DNA of 64,000 nt. It comes from Actinomycetota bacterium (GTDB lineage: Bacteria > Actinomycetota > UBA4738 > HRBIN12). The translations under genes were made by a program, and so were the position numbers. Position 1 is the first letter of the stretch, and each line of letters starts with the position of its first letter. Location of the stretch: positions 10,343 through 74,342 of the forward strand of contig DASTBT010000129.1 of assembly GCA_035711865.1 (NCBI GenBank), read 5' to 3'. Shown piece by piece: positions 1 to 9,016 of the stretch. The notes under the pieces were generated by a model. That model did no database searches, was not told where the DNA came from, and saw nothing but the letters and a program-made list of their open reading frames with translations.

Positions 1-51
1 GACGGGAAGGTGATCCAGGTCGAGACGTCGGAGAAGATCCGGCTGCGATAG
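1..51 (+). CDS. 3' end of an unidentified CDS (partial, starts left of the window)
   Basis: Frame 1 is open from the window edge to TAG at 49-51 (..DGKVIQVETSEKIRLR*). Too short to identify. Confidence 0.25.
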   Translation, partial: DGKVIQVETSEKIRLR

Positions 52-52
52 C

Positions 53-466
53 TCAGGCCCGCCGGGTGTAGTCGATCGCCCATCGCTCCTGCCATCGCTC
101 CCCGTCGAGCGAGGACTCCCATCGCCAGTGGAAGCGATCGCGCTCGATGTCGGAGAAGACCATGCGCTTGAACACGCGCTCCGCGTCGACGGGACCTGGT
201 GTGGCGAAGATCAGGCTTCGATCGGGCAGCGCTGAACCGACGAGGTGCCAGTAGCCGCCGTTGGAGTCGGCCCAGGTCTGTCGCCAGCCCATCTCCTCGT
301 CGAAGACCGACAGGCTGATCCCACGGAAGGATCCGGGGCCCCGCGCTTCGAACCGCTCCACGACGACCCGCCCGTCGAGCTCGCGGGCGACCGAGTTCGT
401 GCCGTGTCCTCCGCTCCAGGTGCAGTCCCAGTTACCGAGCCAGAAGTCGAGCGAACGTGCATCCAT
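53..466 (-). CDS. small hypothetical protein (DUF1579-like pattern)
   Basis: ORF track 53..661. The first 65 codons are Arg-rich low complexity, so the start is moved to the ATG at 466 (MDARSLDFWLGNWDCTWSGG...). Family call is by eye only. Confidence 0.55.
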   Translation of the reverse strand: MDARSLDFWLGNWDCTWSGGHGTNSVARELDGRVVVERFEARGPGSFRGISLSVFDEEMGWRQTWADSNGGYWHLVGSALPDRSLIFATPGPVDAERVFKRMVFSDIERDRFHWRWESSLDGERWQERWAIDYTRRA

Positions 467-531
467 CGATGGGAAGCGTAGGTCGGTCGCCTCTGCTCGG
501 GTTCCGGAGGATTGCCACTGGTCCGGCCGAT

Positions 532-759
532 TCAGTGGCCGCAGGCGCAGGCGCCGCCGCCGCAGCATCCCCCGGCCGACCGCCGCGGTTCGCCGCTGTC
601 CACCGGAGCGGCGCCGGTCCCGAACACGGAGAAGCGGCGACGCACCCGCTCGTCCCCGCATGCAGGGCAGGCGAGCGCCGTGTCGACCGCCGAGCCGATC
701 GCTCGGCGTTGCTCGAACGGCTGCTCACACGCGAGGCAGATGTACTCGTAGACGGCCAT
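532..759 (-). CDS. FmdB-family zinc-ribbon protein
   Basis: 75 aa. MAVYEYICLACEQPFE...CPACG double CxxC zinc ribbon with a Gly/Cys-rich tail (GGCCGGGACACGH), characteristic of FmdB/CxxC_CxxC_SSSS proteins. Confidence 0.8.
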   Translation of the reverse strand: MAVYEYICLACEQPFEQRRAIGSAVDTALACPACGDERVRRRFSVFGTGAAPVDSGEPRRSAGGCCGGGACACGH

Positions 760-785
760 TGAGGCCCCAGCATAGTCTCGAGGGC

Positions 786-1565
786 ATGCGAGCGACCGAG
801 GCCGTCGATCGTGTGGCAGCGGTCTTCGACCTGCTCGCGGACAGCCCCGAGGGGTTGACCGTCACGGAGGTCGCCGATGCTCTGGGGGTCCACAAGGCCA
901 CCGCGTCACGGCTGCTCGGAACACTGAGCGGTCACGGGCTCGTCGAGCGGTCCGATCGACGCCGGTACCGTATCGGCATCGGCATCGTTCGCTACGCCGC
1001 GGGTGCGCTCACCGAGCTCGGCGCGGTCAGCCGAGCACGGCCCGAGCTGGAAGCGTTGTCTCGCACGACCCGTGAGACGGTCTCGCTCGGTGTGCTTGAC
1101 GGGGGGGACGTCCTCTACATCGACCAGGTGACCGGTCACGAGCGGGTGGTCTTCGCCGACTGGGCGGGCCGCCGCTCGCCTGCGCACTGCAGCTCGACCG
1201 GGAAGGTGCTGCTCGCACATCTCGACGACGCCGACCTCGAGAGGTTCCTGGCCCGCCCGTTGGCGCCTCGCACCGAGCGGACGATCCTCGACCCCGAGTC
1301 GCTCCGGGAACGACTCCACGAGGTCCGTCGGCGAGGGTACGAGCGATCGATCGGCGAGCTCGAGGACGGACTCAGCACCGCGGCTGCTCCCGTCTGGTCC
1401 CGGGGACGAGCGGTGGCGGCGGTGAGCGTGGGGGGGCCAAGCTCCCGACTGCCTGCACGCGAGCTCCCCAGGCTCGGCCGCCTGGCGATCGAGACCGCGA
1501 CCGCGATCGGTCGTCGGCTGGACACGGGGCCGCCCGGCGAGCCGTTCCAGGTGCCGCCGAGGTGA
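786..1565 (+). CDS. IclR-family transcriptional regulator
   Basis: In-frame ATG at 786 inside ORF 261..1565. N-terminal wHTH (LTVTEVADALGVHKATASRLLGTL) plus an IclR-type effector domain. The upstream 175 codons are Arg/Pro junk antisense to the FmdB gene. Confidence 0.85.
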   Translation: MRATEAVDRVAAVFDLLADSPEGLTVTEVADALGVHKATASRLLGTLSGHGLVERSDRRRYRIGIGIVRYAAGALTELGAVSRARPELEALSRTTRETVSLGVLDGGDVLYIDQVTGHERVVFADWAGRRSPAHCSSTGKVLLAHLDDADLERFLARPLAPRTERTILDPESLRERLHEVRRRGYERSIGELEDGLSTAAAPVWSRGRAVAAVSVGGPSSRLPARELPRLGRLAIETATAIGRRLDTGPPGEPFQVPPR

Positions 1566-1578
1566 ACCTTCTCAGTCG

Positions 1579-2640
1579 TTGCCATCAGGGCAACGACTGA
1601 CTGTTCCTGCGACCTCGGCGCGGCTAGCGTGCCCCGTAACCGTCCGACCAACGTGGAGCAACGATGTGATCGAGCCGGGTCCCAATCCCTTCGATTCCGA
1701 GGGCGTGTGGCTGAAAGCGGCCCTGCACACGCACACGGACCGTACCGATGGCGATCTTCCCCCCGAGCGGCACGTGCAGCACCACGAATGGATGGGGTTC
1801 GACATCGTCGCGATCACCGACCATTGGACGCTGACATCGAGCCCCTCGACCGAGCGCATGCTGGTGATCCAGGGTGCGGAGCTCGCCGTCGATCCACTCG
1901 CGAAGGGCCGGTACACCGAGATCCTCGCGATCGGCATCGAGGAGATCCCCGATGACCCCGGCGGGGATCGCGCGTATTGGGAACAGGTCGACAACTACCT
2001 GTTCAAGACGTTCCCCGACCTGTCGACCGCGGCTGCGAACATCACCGCGCAGGGTGGGGTCGCGTTCGTCGCTCACCCGTACTGGAGCGGGCTGCCGCTC
2101 GAGGTCGTGTTCGAGGCCGAAGGGGTTGCCGGCTTCGAGCTCTACAACGCGAGCGCGGAGCGTGAGACGGGACGCGGCGACTCGTCCTACATCTGGGACC
2201 TCGCGCTCGATCGGGGGCGGCTGCTGTTCGGCATCGCGACCGACGACTCCCACTACCCGGGGTTCGACATCGGCGACGGTTGGACGATGGTGCGAGCCGC
2301 GGACCGCACGCAGGAAGCCGTGCTCCAGGCGCTCGCGACCGGGTCCTTCTACGCGACGAACGGTCCCGAGATCCACGACGTCCGTCGCGACGGCGGGGCG
2401 ATCGAGGTGCGCTGCAGCCCGGCCGCCACCGTGATCCTTCGCTCGGGTTTCGAGCGTGGCCTCTCGGTCGGGGCCGGCCCGCGGGCGCGCCTGGAACGAT
2501 CTCGCATCCTCGAGCGAGACGGTTCGGGTTCGGGAGCCATCGTGCGCGCGCGGTTCCACCCCGAGCCCGACGATCTCACGTACGCCCGGATACAGGTGAG
2601 CGACGAGCGAGGCCGCTCGGCATGGACCAACCCGATCTGA
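1579..2640 (+). CDS. PHP-domain / CehA-McbA-type metallohydrolase
   Basis: LHTHTDRTDGD and ITDHW metal-binding motifs of the PHP fold. Start uncertain: an in-frame GTG at 1666 is an alternative. Confidence 0.7.
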   Translation: MPSGQRLTVPATSARLACPVTVRPTWSNDVIEPGPNPFDSEGVWLKAALHTHTDRTDGDLPPERHVQHHEWMGFDIVAITDHWTLTSSPSTERMLVIQGAELAVDPLAKGRYTEILAIGIEEIPDDPGGDRAYWEQVDNYLFKTFPDLSTAAANITAQGGVAFVAHPYWSGLPLEVVFEAEGVAGFELYNASAERETGRGDSSYIWDLALDRGRLLFGIATDDSHYPGFDIGDGWTMVRAADRTQEAVLQALATGSFYATNGPEIHDVRRDGGAIEVRCSPAATVILRSGFERGLSVGAGPRARLERSRILERDGSGSGAIVRARFHPEPDDLTYARIQVSDERGRSAWTNPI

Positions 2641-2668
2641 CCGATCCTCGACGGGAGGGAAGCAGAAC

Positions 2669-4468
2669 ATGAGACGGACGCTCACACCGTTGGTCGTGCT
2701 CGCGGCCTTGACGGCGTTGGCGGTGCCCGCCCTGGCGCAGAGCGCGACGCCTACCGAAGAGCGGTCGACGCTGACCGTGGGCATGAGCTACGACCTGTAC
2801 ACCTCGAACCCCCTTCGCGCCTGCGGCTGCGGGGCGGAGTACGAGTTCCTCGCGATCAACTACGACATGCTGCTGGCGTTCGACGAGCAGACGCTCGAGG
2901 CGGCGCCCGGGCTCGCGACCGAGGTGCCGACGAAGGAGAACGGCGGTGTCTCCGACGACGGCATGACCTACACGTTCCATATCAGGGACGACGCCTCCTG
3001 GCACGACGGCACGCCCGTGACCGCTCGGGACGTGGCGTTCACGTACCGCTTCGCTCTCGACAACAAGATCGGGGCCTACAACAACTACCTGCCGTACGAC
3101 CCCGTGTTCGAGACGCCGGACGATTCCACCCTCGTGTGGACGATGACATCGCCGAGCCTCGCGCCCGTCGCGCCACCGTTCGTCCCGATACTTCCGGAGC
3201 ACATCTGGTCGGAGTTCGACGGCGACGCCAAGGCGGGAAGGCAGTTCGAGAACATCCCGGCCATCGGCTCCGGCCCGTTCCAGCTGGCCGAGTGGGAGGA
3301 AGGTCGATTCTGGCGCGTCGAGGCCAACGAGGACTACTGGGGCGGCGCTCCGAAGGTCGATGAGATCGTGTTCCGGGCCTTCGACAACCCCGAAACGATG
3401 GCGCTGGCGTTGCGCGACAGCGAGGTCGATCTCGTCTCGGGGCTCCCGCCCAACATCGCACGTTCGCTCGAGGGGCAGCCGAACATCGCGGTGCACGAGG
3501 CCGTGGGGCGAACGTTCCTGAACCTGGCCTTCAACTTCGGCGGCCAGAACCCGGCCGCGACGAACCACCCCGCCTTGCACGATCTGACCGTGCGGACCGC
3601 GATCGCGCACGCCATCGACAAGCAGGCCCTCGTCGACAAGGTGCTGTTGGGCAACGGCGTGGCGGGCACGAGCGTGATGCCGCCCTCGAGCCCGTGGCAT
3701 TGGCAGCCTCCTGCGGGCCAGGAACAGTCGTTCGATCTCGAGGCGGCGAACTCGATGCTCGACGGGGCCGGCTACCTCGACACCGACGACGACGGGGTCC
3801 GAGAGATGCCCGGAGGCGGTGAACCCGTCGAGCTCGAGCTGGTCGCTGCGTCGAGCGTCGTCGAGGCGCCGGCCACCGCCAGGCTGATCGCCGGCTGGCT
3901 CGGTGAGATCGGCATCGGATCCCAGGTCAAGGCCGTCGGAGACGGCGCGATGAACCAGGTCTGGACGCGGGGCACGTTCGATGCCTATCTCTGGGGATGG
4001 ACGCCCGACCCCGACCCCGACTTCATCCTGTCGGTCTTCACCACGGCCCAGTGCGGCAACTGGAGCGACGGGTGCTACTCGAACCCCGAGTACGACGAGC
4101 TCTACACCGAGCAGCAGCAAGCGACGTCGGTCGAGGAACGCAGGGACCTCGTCGCCGAGATGCAGCGGTTCCTCTACGAGGACGTCGCCGAGGTCATCCT
4201 GTTCTACGCCGCCGATCTCGAGGCCTACCGCACGGACACCTTCACCGGGTACTCGCCGACGCCGCCGCCGGACGGATACATGGTGTTCGGGTACCTGCCT
4301 TACCCGTACATGGACATCGAGCCGGTGAGCGCGGCCGAGGGGGGAGCCGTCTCATCCGGTTCCGGCGCGATCCCGTTGTGGGTCTGGGGGGCGGTCGCGG
4401 GTGCCCTCGTTCTGGGTTGGGCGCTCGTGTCGCGGATCCGGCGCTCCGGCGAAGACGAACGCGAGTAG
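2669..4468 (+). CDS. ABC transporter substrate-binding protein, family 5 (peptide/nickel type) with C-terminal TM anchor
   Basis: SD GGGAGGGA lies upstream. Signal peptide MRRTLTPLVVLAALTALAVPALA. Family-5 SBP core (YTFHIRDDASWHDGTPVTARDVAFTY). Hydrophobic C-terminal helix IPLWVWGAVAGALVLGWALV followed by RIRRSGEDERE. Confidence 0.9.
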   Translation: MRRTLTPLVVLAALTALAVPALAQSATPTEERSTLTVGMSYDLYTSNPLRACGCGAEYEFLAINYDMLLAFDEQTLEAAPGLATEVPTKENGGVSDDGMTYTFHIRDDASWHDGTPVTARDVAFTYRFALDNKIGAYNNYLPYDPVFETPDDSTLVWTMTSPSLAPVAPPFVPILPEHIWSEFDGDAKAGRQFENIPAIGSGPFQLAEWEEGRFWRVEANEDYWGGAPKVDEIVFRAFDNPETMALALRDSEVDLVSGLPPNIARSLEGQPNIAVHEAVGRTFLNLAFNFGGQNPAATNHPALHDLTVRTAIAHAIDKQALVDKVLLGNGVAGTSVMPPSSPWHWQPPAGQEQSFDLEAANSMLDGAGYLDTDDDGVREMPGGGEPVELELVAASSVVEAPATARLIAGWLGEIGIGSQVKAVGDGAMNQVWTRGTFDAYLWGWTPDPDPDFILSVFTTAQCGNWSDGCYSNPEYDELYTEQQQATSVEERRDLVAEMQRFLYEDVAEVILFYAADLEAYRTDTFTGYSPTPPPDGYMVFGYLPYPYMDIEPVSAAEGGAVSSGSGAIPLWVWGAVAGALVLGWALVSRIRRSGEDERE

Positions 4469-4471
4469 CGC

Positions 4472-5434
4472 GTGCAGGGCTACGTCGGCCGGAAGCTGCT
4501 CGGCGCCGCGGGCACGCTCCTGTTCGTGATGCTGTTCAACTTCGTGCTGTTCCGGGTGATGCCGGGCAGCCCCGTGGACACCATCGCGAGGAACCAGCGC
4601 CTGTCGCCCGATGAGATCCAGGCGCTGATCGAGGACTTCGGCCTCGATCGTTCGTTGCCAGCTCAGGTACCCGGTTACCTCTGGGATACCGTCCGGGGCA
4701 ATTTCGGCGTCTCCTACACCTCCGGCAGGCCGGTGACCTCCGTGCTCGCCGACCGGGTGTGGCCCACCGTCGTGCTCGTGTTGCCTGCGACGATCATCTC
4801 GGTCGCCGTCGGCGTGTGGCTCGGCATCCACGCGGGGTGGCGCCGAGGATCAAGCACCGATGCCGGGTCCGTCGGCGCATCACTCGTGCTCTACTCGACC
4901 CCGGAGGGGTGGCTAGGGATGATGCTGCTCGTCGTCTTCGGCGTGTGGCTCGGGCTCTTCCCGCTGGGCGGGTATTCGTCGAGCCCGCCACCCGAGGGAG
5001 CGGCCTACGTTGCCGACGTGATGACACACGCGTTCCTTCCCGTCCTCACGCTCGCTCTCGCCTACATCGGCGAATACGTCCTGATCATGCGCTCCTCGAT
5101 GGTCGAGGTGACCCACGAGGATTACCTGACGACCGCTCGCGCGAAGGGCCTCACCGATCGGGAGGTTCGGCGGGGGCACGCGGTGCCGAACGCGCTGCTG
5201 CCGATCGTCACGCTCATCTTCTACAGCTTCGGCTTCGTGCTGGGGGGCGCCGTCGTGATCGAGTCCATCTTCAACTGGCCGGGACTCGGGCTCCTCACGT
5301 TCCAGGCGATCGACAACCAGGACTTCCCCGTGATCCAGGGGGTGTTCCTGCTGTCGAGCTTCCTCGTGATCGCCTTCAATCTCGCGGCCGACCTGTCGTA
5401 TGGGTACATCGACCCGCGGGTCCACGATCGCTGA
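4472..5434 (+). CDS. ABC transporter permease (DppB/OppB-like)
   Basis: 320 aa with about 6 TM. Typical N-terminus (GRKLLGAAGTLLFVMLFNFVLFRVMPGSP) and binding-protein-dependent transport domain. Starts 3 nt after the SBP stop. Confidence 0.9.
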   Translation: MQGYVGRKLLGAAGTLLFVMLFNFVLFRVMPGSPVDTIARNQRLSPDEIQALIEDFGLDRSLPAQVPGYLWDTVRGNFGVSYTSGRPVTSVLADRVWPTVVLVLPATIISVAVGVWLGIHAGWRRGSSTDAGSVGASLVLYSTPEGWLGMMLLVVFGVWLGLFPLGGYSSSPPPEGAAYVADVMTHAFLPVLTLALAYIGEYVLIMRSSMVEVTHEDYLTTARAKGLTDREVRRGHAVPNALLPIVTLIFYSFGFVLGGAVVIESIFNWPGLGLLTFQAIDNQDFPVIQGVFLLSSFLVIAFNLAADLSYGYIDPRVHDR

Positions 5435-6369
5435 TGGCCGCCGGATCCGACGTGCTCGCCGACGCTGTCCCCAGCTCCGCGCGTGCGGCAGCGCGGGTGC
5501 GCCGGCGACGCGCCTTCGCGGCCTTCCGCCGCGACTATCGGCGAAGTCGGATGGGCATGATCGGCGTCGCCATCCTCGTGGTGGCCGTGGCCGTGGCCCT
5601 GCTGGCGCCTGTCTTGACCGACCAGCGCGACACGCAGGAGGCGTTCGCGTCGGGGCCCGTGCTGGCCCCGCCGTCCGTCGAGTATCCCTTGGGCACCGAC
5701 GTCTTCGGACGGTCGGTGCTCACCCTCACGATCTGGGGCGCCCGGGTTTCGTTGCTGGTCGGCTTCGCGGCGACCGCGATCGCGGCGTCGATCGGCACGT
5801 CGGTGGGCGTGACCGGCGGCTACGTCGGCGGCCGGACCGACGGCTTGCTCAACGCGGTCTCGAACTGGTTCCTGGTCATCCCGTGGATCCCCCTGGCGAT
5901 CGCCCTCGCGTCGATCCTCGGTCCGACCTTGCTGAACGTGATCCTCGTGATCGGCATCACGTCGTGGGCCTCGACCGCCCGGCTCGTGCGCGCCCAGACG
6001 CTCAGCGTGAAGCAGCGTCCCTTCGTAGAACGGTCCAGGGCCCTCGGCGGCTCGGAGTGGCATCTGGCCACTCGCCACGTGCTGCCGAACCTCGTGCCGG
6101 TCATCCTCGCGAACACCGTGCTGGCGATCGCACTGGCGATCCTGTCCGAGACGACGCTGGCGCTGCTGGGGCTCGGCGACCCGACCAGCATCTCGTGGGG
6201 AACGATGATCTACGAGGCGTTCATCGCTGGGGCGATCAGCGGGGGCCAGTGGTGGTGGCTGCTGCCCCCCGGCCTCGCGATCGTCTCCGTCGTGCTGGCG
6301 TTCACGATGTGCGGCTATGCGCTCGAGGAGATCCTCAACCCCCGGTTGAGGGCCGGGGGCGACCGATGA
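5434..6369 (+). CDS. ABC transporter permease (DppC/OppC-like)
   Basis: In-frame ATG at 5434 inside ORF 4759..6369, sharing one nucleotide with the upstream TGA (TGATG junction). TM-rich DppC-like sequence (GTDVFGRSVLTLTIWGARVSL...). Confidence 0.9.
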   Translation: MAAGSDVLADAVPSSARAAARVRRRRAFAAFRRDYRRSRMGMIGVAILVVAVAVALLAPVLTDQRDTQEAFASGPVLAPPSVEYPLGTDVFGRSVLTLTIWGARVSLLVGFAATAIAASIGTSVGVTGGYVGGRTDGLLNAVSNWFLVIPWIPLAIALASILGPTLLNVILVIGITSWASTARLVRAQTLSVKQRPFVERSRALGGSEWHLATRHVLPNLVPVILANTVLAIALAILSETTLALLGLGDPTSISWGTMIYEAFIAGAISGGQWWWLLPPGLAIVSVVLAFTMCGYALEEILNPRLRAGGDR

Positions 6370-7157
6370 TCCCGGCACCGTGGGGCGAGGAGCTCGAGTT
6401 CGCGCGAGAGCTCGCGGACATGGCGGCCTCGATCTCCGCTCGGTGGACCGAGGGGAACTTCGGCGTGCGCCAGAAGCACGACGCGACGCCGGTGACCGAC
6501 ACCGACGTCGCGATCGAGCGCGCGCTTCGGGAGGCCGTGCGGGCGCGCTTCCCCGATGACGGCTTCCTCGGCGAGGAAGAGGGCGAGACGCCGGGCGGCC
6601 GGAGGACCTGGGTCGTCGATCCGATCGACGGCACCCGCAACCTGATCGACGGTATCCAGCTCTGGAGCACCTTGATCGCATTGGTCGACGACGGTCGGCC
6701 GGTCGTCGGAGTCGCGAACGCACCCGCGGTGCACGAGCGGTACGAGGCCGTGATCGGACAGGGGTCCACACTCAACGGAGTCCCCATCCGAGTTTCCGGC
6801 GTCGAGGAGATCGAGGACGCCATGGTGCTGCACTCCGGGGTCGAGGAATGGATGCGGGGACGCTATTGGGATGGGTTCCGCTCGCTGGCGGGGTCGGCGA
6901 GGCGCACGCGCGGTGTGAGCGATGCCTGGGGTCACATGCTCGTGGCGCGCGGCTCCGCCGACGTCCTCCTCGAGCACGAGCCGTGCGGCCCCTGGGACTG
7001 GTTCGCGGTCCAGATCATCGTGCAGGAGGCCGGCGGTCGGACCACGACGCTGGAGGGCTCACCACCGACTCCTGGCTGCAATCTCATGTCCTCGAACGGC
7101 GCCATCCACGATCGGGTGATCCGCGAGCTGGCCGGTCACGCGGTGGCCGGCCGCTGA
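6366..7157 (+). CDS. inositol monophosphatase family protein (possibly histidinol-phosphatase type)
   Basis: ATG at 6366 overlaps the permease stop (ATGA). IMPase signatures WVVDPIDGTRNL and WDWFAVQIIVQEAGG. Confidence 0.85.
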   Translation: MIPAPWGEELEFARELADMAASISARWTEGNFGVRQKHDATPVTDTDVAIERALREAVRARFPDDGFLGEEEGETPGGRRTWVVDPIDGTRNLIDGIQLWSTLIALVDDGRPVVGVANAPAVHERYEAVIGQGSTLNGVPIRVSGVEEIEDAMVLHSGVEEWMRGRYWDGFRSLAGSARRTRGVSDAWGHMLVARGSADVLLEHEPCGPWDWFAVQIIVQEAGGRTTTLEGSPPTPGCNLMSSNGAIHDRVIRELAGHAVAGR

Positions 7158-7175
7158 GCCGGAGAGAGGGGTCCG

Positions 7176-7529
7176 GTGCGGATACTGATCAGATGGGGGA
7201 TCACCGCCGTGGCCGTGTTCGTTGCGGCACAACTCGTACCTGGCATCGAGCTTCGCGAGGGGCTGACGTCGCTCCTGATCGTGTCGGCGATCCTGGGACT
7301 CGTGAACGCCGTGCTCGGAACGTTGCTGCGCATCCTCAGCATCCCGTTCCTGATCATCACGCTCGGACTGTTCGCCATCGTCATCAACATGATCGTTCTC
7401 TGGGTGACTACGGCCTTCACCGACCGCATCGAGATCGAGGGGTTCTGGGCGTACTTCTGGGCGGCCCTGATCGTCTCGATCGTGACCTTGGTGCTGCGGA
7501 TCCTGTTGCCCGATGGGCGGGGGGACTGA
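7176..7529 (+). CDS. 4-TM membrane protein of the phage-holin-4/YvlD type
   Basis: 117 aa with four hydrophobic helices. Pattern GLVNAVLGTLLRILSIPFLIITLGLFAIVINMIVLWV resembles the Phage_holin_4_2 family. Confidence 0.7.
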   Translation: MRILIRWGITAVAVFVAAQLVPGIELREGLTSLLIVSAILGLVNAVLGTLLRILSIPFLIITLGLFAIVINMIVLWVTTAFTDRIEIEGFWAYFWAALIVSIVTLVLRILLPDGRGD

Positions 7530-7640
7530 GACCGGTCTCGAGGGCTGCCGTTCGACACCGTCGCGAAGGTCTGTTGCGGCGCATGAGCCAGCCTGAACCC
7601 GCCCGGGGCACCATCGGTCCGCGCCGGGTACCCTTGTTGC

Positions 7641-7859
7641 ATGCCGGAGAGCTACGGGAAGCGTCAGCGCCAGGACGTGAAGGCGCGCAAGGCGGCCGCT
7701 CGTGAGGAGCGGCGGCTCGCTCGCGCGAAGCGTGACGCCGACCGCGCGGCCGGCCTCGTCGAGGCGGGCACGCCGATCGAGGCGGCCGACCCCGTCGTTC
7801 TGGGGCTCCCGGAGGACGTCGAACCCGCCGAGACATCGCGACCCGACGGTTCCGCTTGA
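7641..7859 (+). CDS. small basic/acidic hypothetical protein
   Basis: 72 aa with high GC3. No SD, but TACCCT (7629-7634) lies 6 nt upstream of the ATG, compatible with a leaderless mRNA. No family recognised. Confidence 0.4.
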   Translation: MPESYGKRQRQDVKARKAAAREERRLARAKRDADRAAGLVEAGTPIEAADPVVLGLPEDVEPAETSRPDGSA

Positions 7860-7906
7860 TCCTCCGCTCGAAGGCCTGCGCCCCATGCGGCGGCTAGGCT
7901 GACGCG

Positions 7907-9004
7907 ATGAACCCCGACGACGACCGCATCGCATTGTTCCTCGACTACGAGAACCTCGCGATCGGGGCGCGGGATCGACTCGAGGGCATGCGCTTCGACC
8001 TGCGACCCGTGCTCGACGCGCTCGCCGAGCGAGGAAGGGTGATCTCGCGCAAGGCGTACGCGGATTGGTCCTACTGGGACGAGGACCGTCGCATGCTCAC
8101 ACGCAGCCATGTCGAGCTGATCGAGATCCCGCAACGGATGGGCGCCTCGCGCAAGAACTCGGCCGACATCAAGCTGGCCGTCGACGCGCTCGAGATGGCG
8201 TTCGAGCGCGACTACGTCACCACGTTCGTGATCTGCACCGGCGACAGCGACTTCACGCCGCTCGTGCACAAGCTCCGCGAGCTGGACAAGCGTGTCATCG
8301 GCGTCGGGATCAAGGAGTCGACATCGAAGCTGCTTCCGCCGGCGTGCGACGAGTTCCTCTACTACGAGTCGCTCGAGGGTGTCGACGTGCCGGCCGAGCG
8401 GCGTCGCCGCGGCCGCAGGAACCGAGGAAGTGAAGCGTCCGGGACGCCGCCCGCCACGGCCGAGGCGGAGCCGGTCGACGACCGGGTGATCGATGACGAG
8501 GAGCAGCCCGAGACCGCGCCGCTCGACGAGGATCAGCTCGCGATCCTGATCGCGCAGACGGTGGCCGGCCTCGAACGAAGCGCGACCGGACCGGTGCTGG
8601 CCTCGTCGGTCAAGCGGGCGCTGCTTCGCAAGGATCCGACGTTCAGTGAGGCCGACCACGGCTTCCGGGCGTTCGGCGAACTGCTCCGACATCTCCAGGA
8701 GCGGAACGTGGTCGAGCTGAGCGAGGGATCGGCCAAGGGCGACCCCGAGGTTTCGCTTCCCACCGAAGGCGGTGAGGCCGAGGCCTTCGAGCTGCTCCAC
8801 GACGTCGTCGCCGATCTCGCCCGGAACGGCCCCGTGCAGCTCTCGGGTCTGAAGAACCGGGTGCGAAAGGCTCGGCCCGGGTTCAGCGAGAAGCAGTACG
8901 GCTATGGGGGGTTCCTGCAGTTCTGCAAGGCGGCCGCGACCCACGGGTCGGTGGCGCTGGAATGGGACGACGGGGCCGAGGACTACATCGTCTCGATCCC
9001 GTGA
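7907..9004 (+). CDS. NYN (LabA-like PIN) domain protein with two C-terminal OST-HTH/LOTUS domains
   Basis: N-terminal IALFLDYENL...KNSADIKLAVDA...VICTGDSDFTPLVHKLRE (NYN catalytic Asp pattern). Acidic linker, then two repeats of the OST-HTH pattern (..FRAFGELLRHLQE.. and ..YGYGGFLQFCKAA..). Confidence 0.85.
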   Translation: MNPDDDRIALFLDYENLAIGARDRLEGMRFDLRPVLDALAERGRVISRKAYADWSYWDEDRRMLTRSHVELIEIPQRMGASRKNSADIKLAVDALEMAFERDYVTTFVICTGDSDFTPLVHKLRELDKRVIGVGIKESTSKLLPPACDEFLYYESLEGVDVPAERRRRGRRNRGSEASGTPPATAEAEPVDDRVIDDEEQPETAPLDEDQLAILIAQTVAGLERSATGPVLASSVKRALLRKDPTFSEADHGFRAFGELLRHLQERNVVELSEGSAKGDPEVSLPTEGGEAEAFELLHDVVADLARNGPVQLSGLKNRVRKARPGFSEKQYGYGGFLQFCKAAATHGSVALEWDDGAEDYIVSIP

Positions 9005-9016
9005 GGGGGCCCTCCG

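Noticed and set aside
261-785. Long N-terminal extension of the IclR regulator ORF (434 aa in the track).
   Set aside because: The extension is Arg/Pro/Ser-rich and overlaps two minus-strand genes (DUF1579-like and FmdB). The wHTH begins right after the internal ATG at 786.
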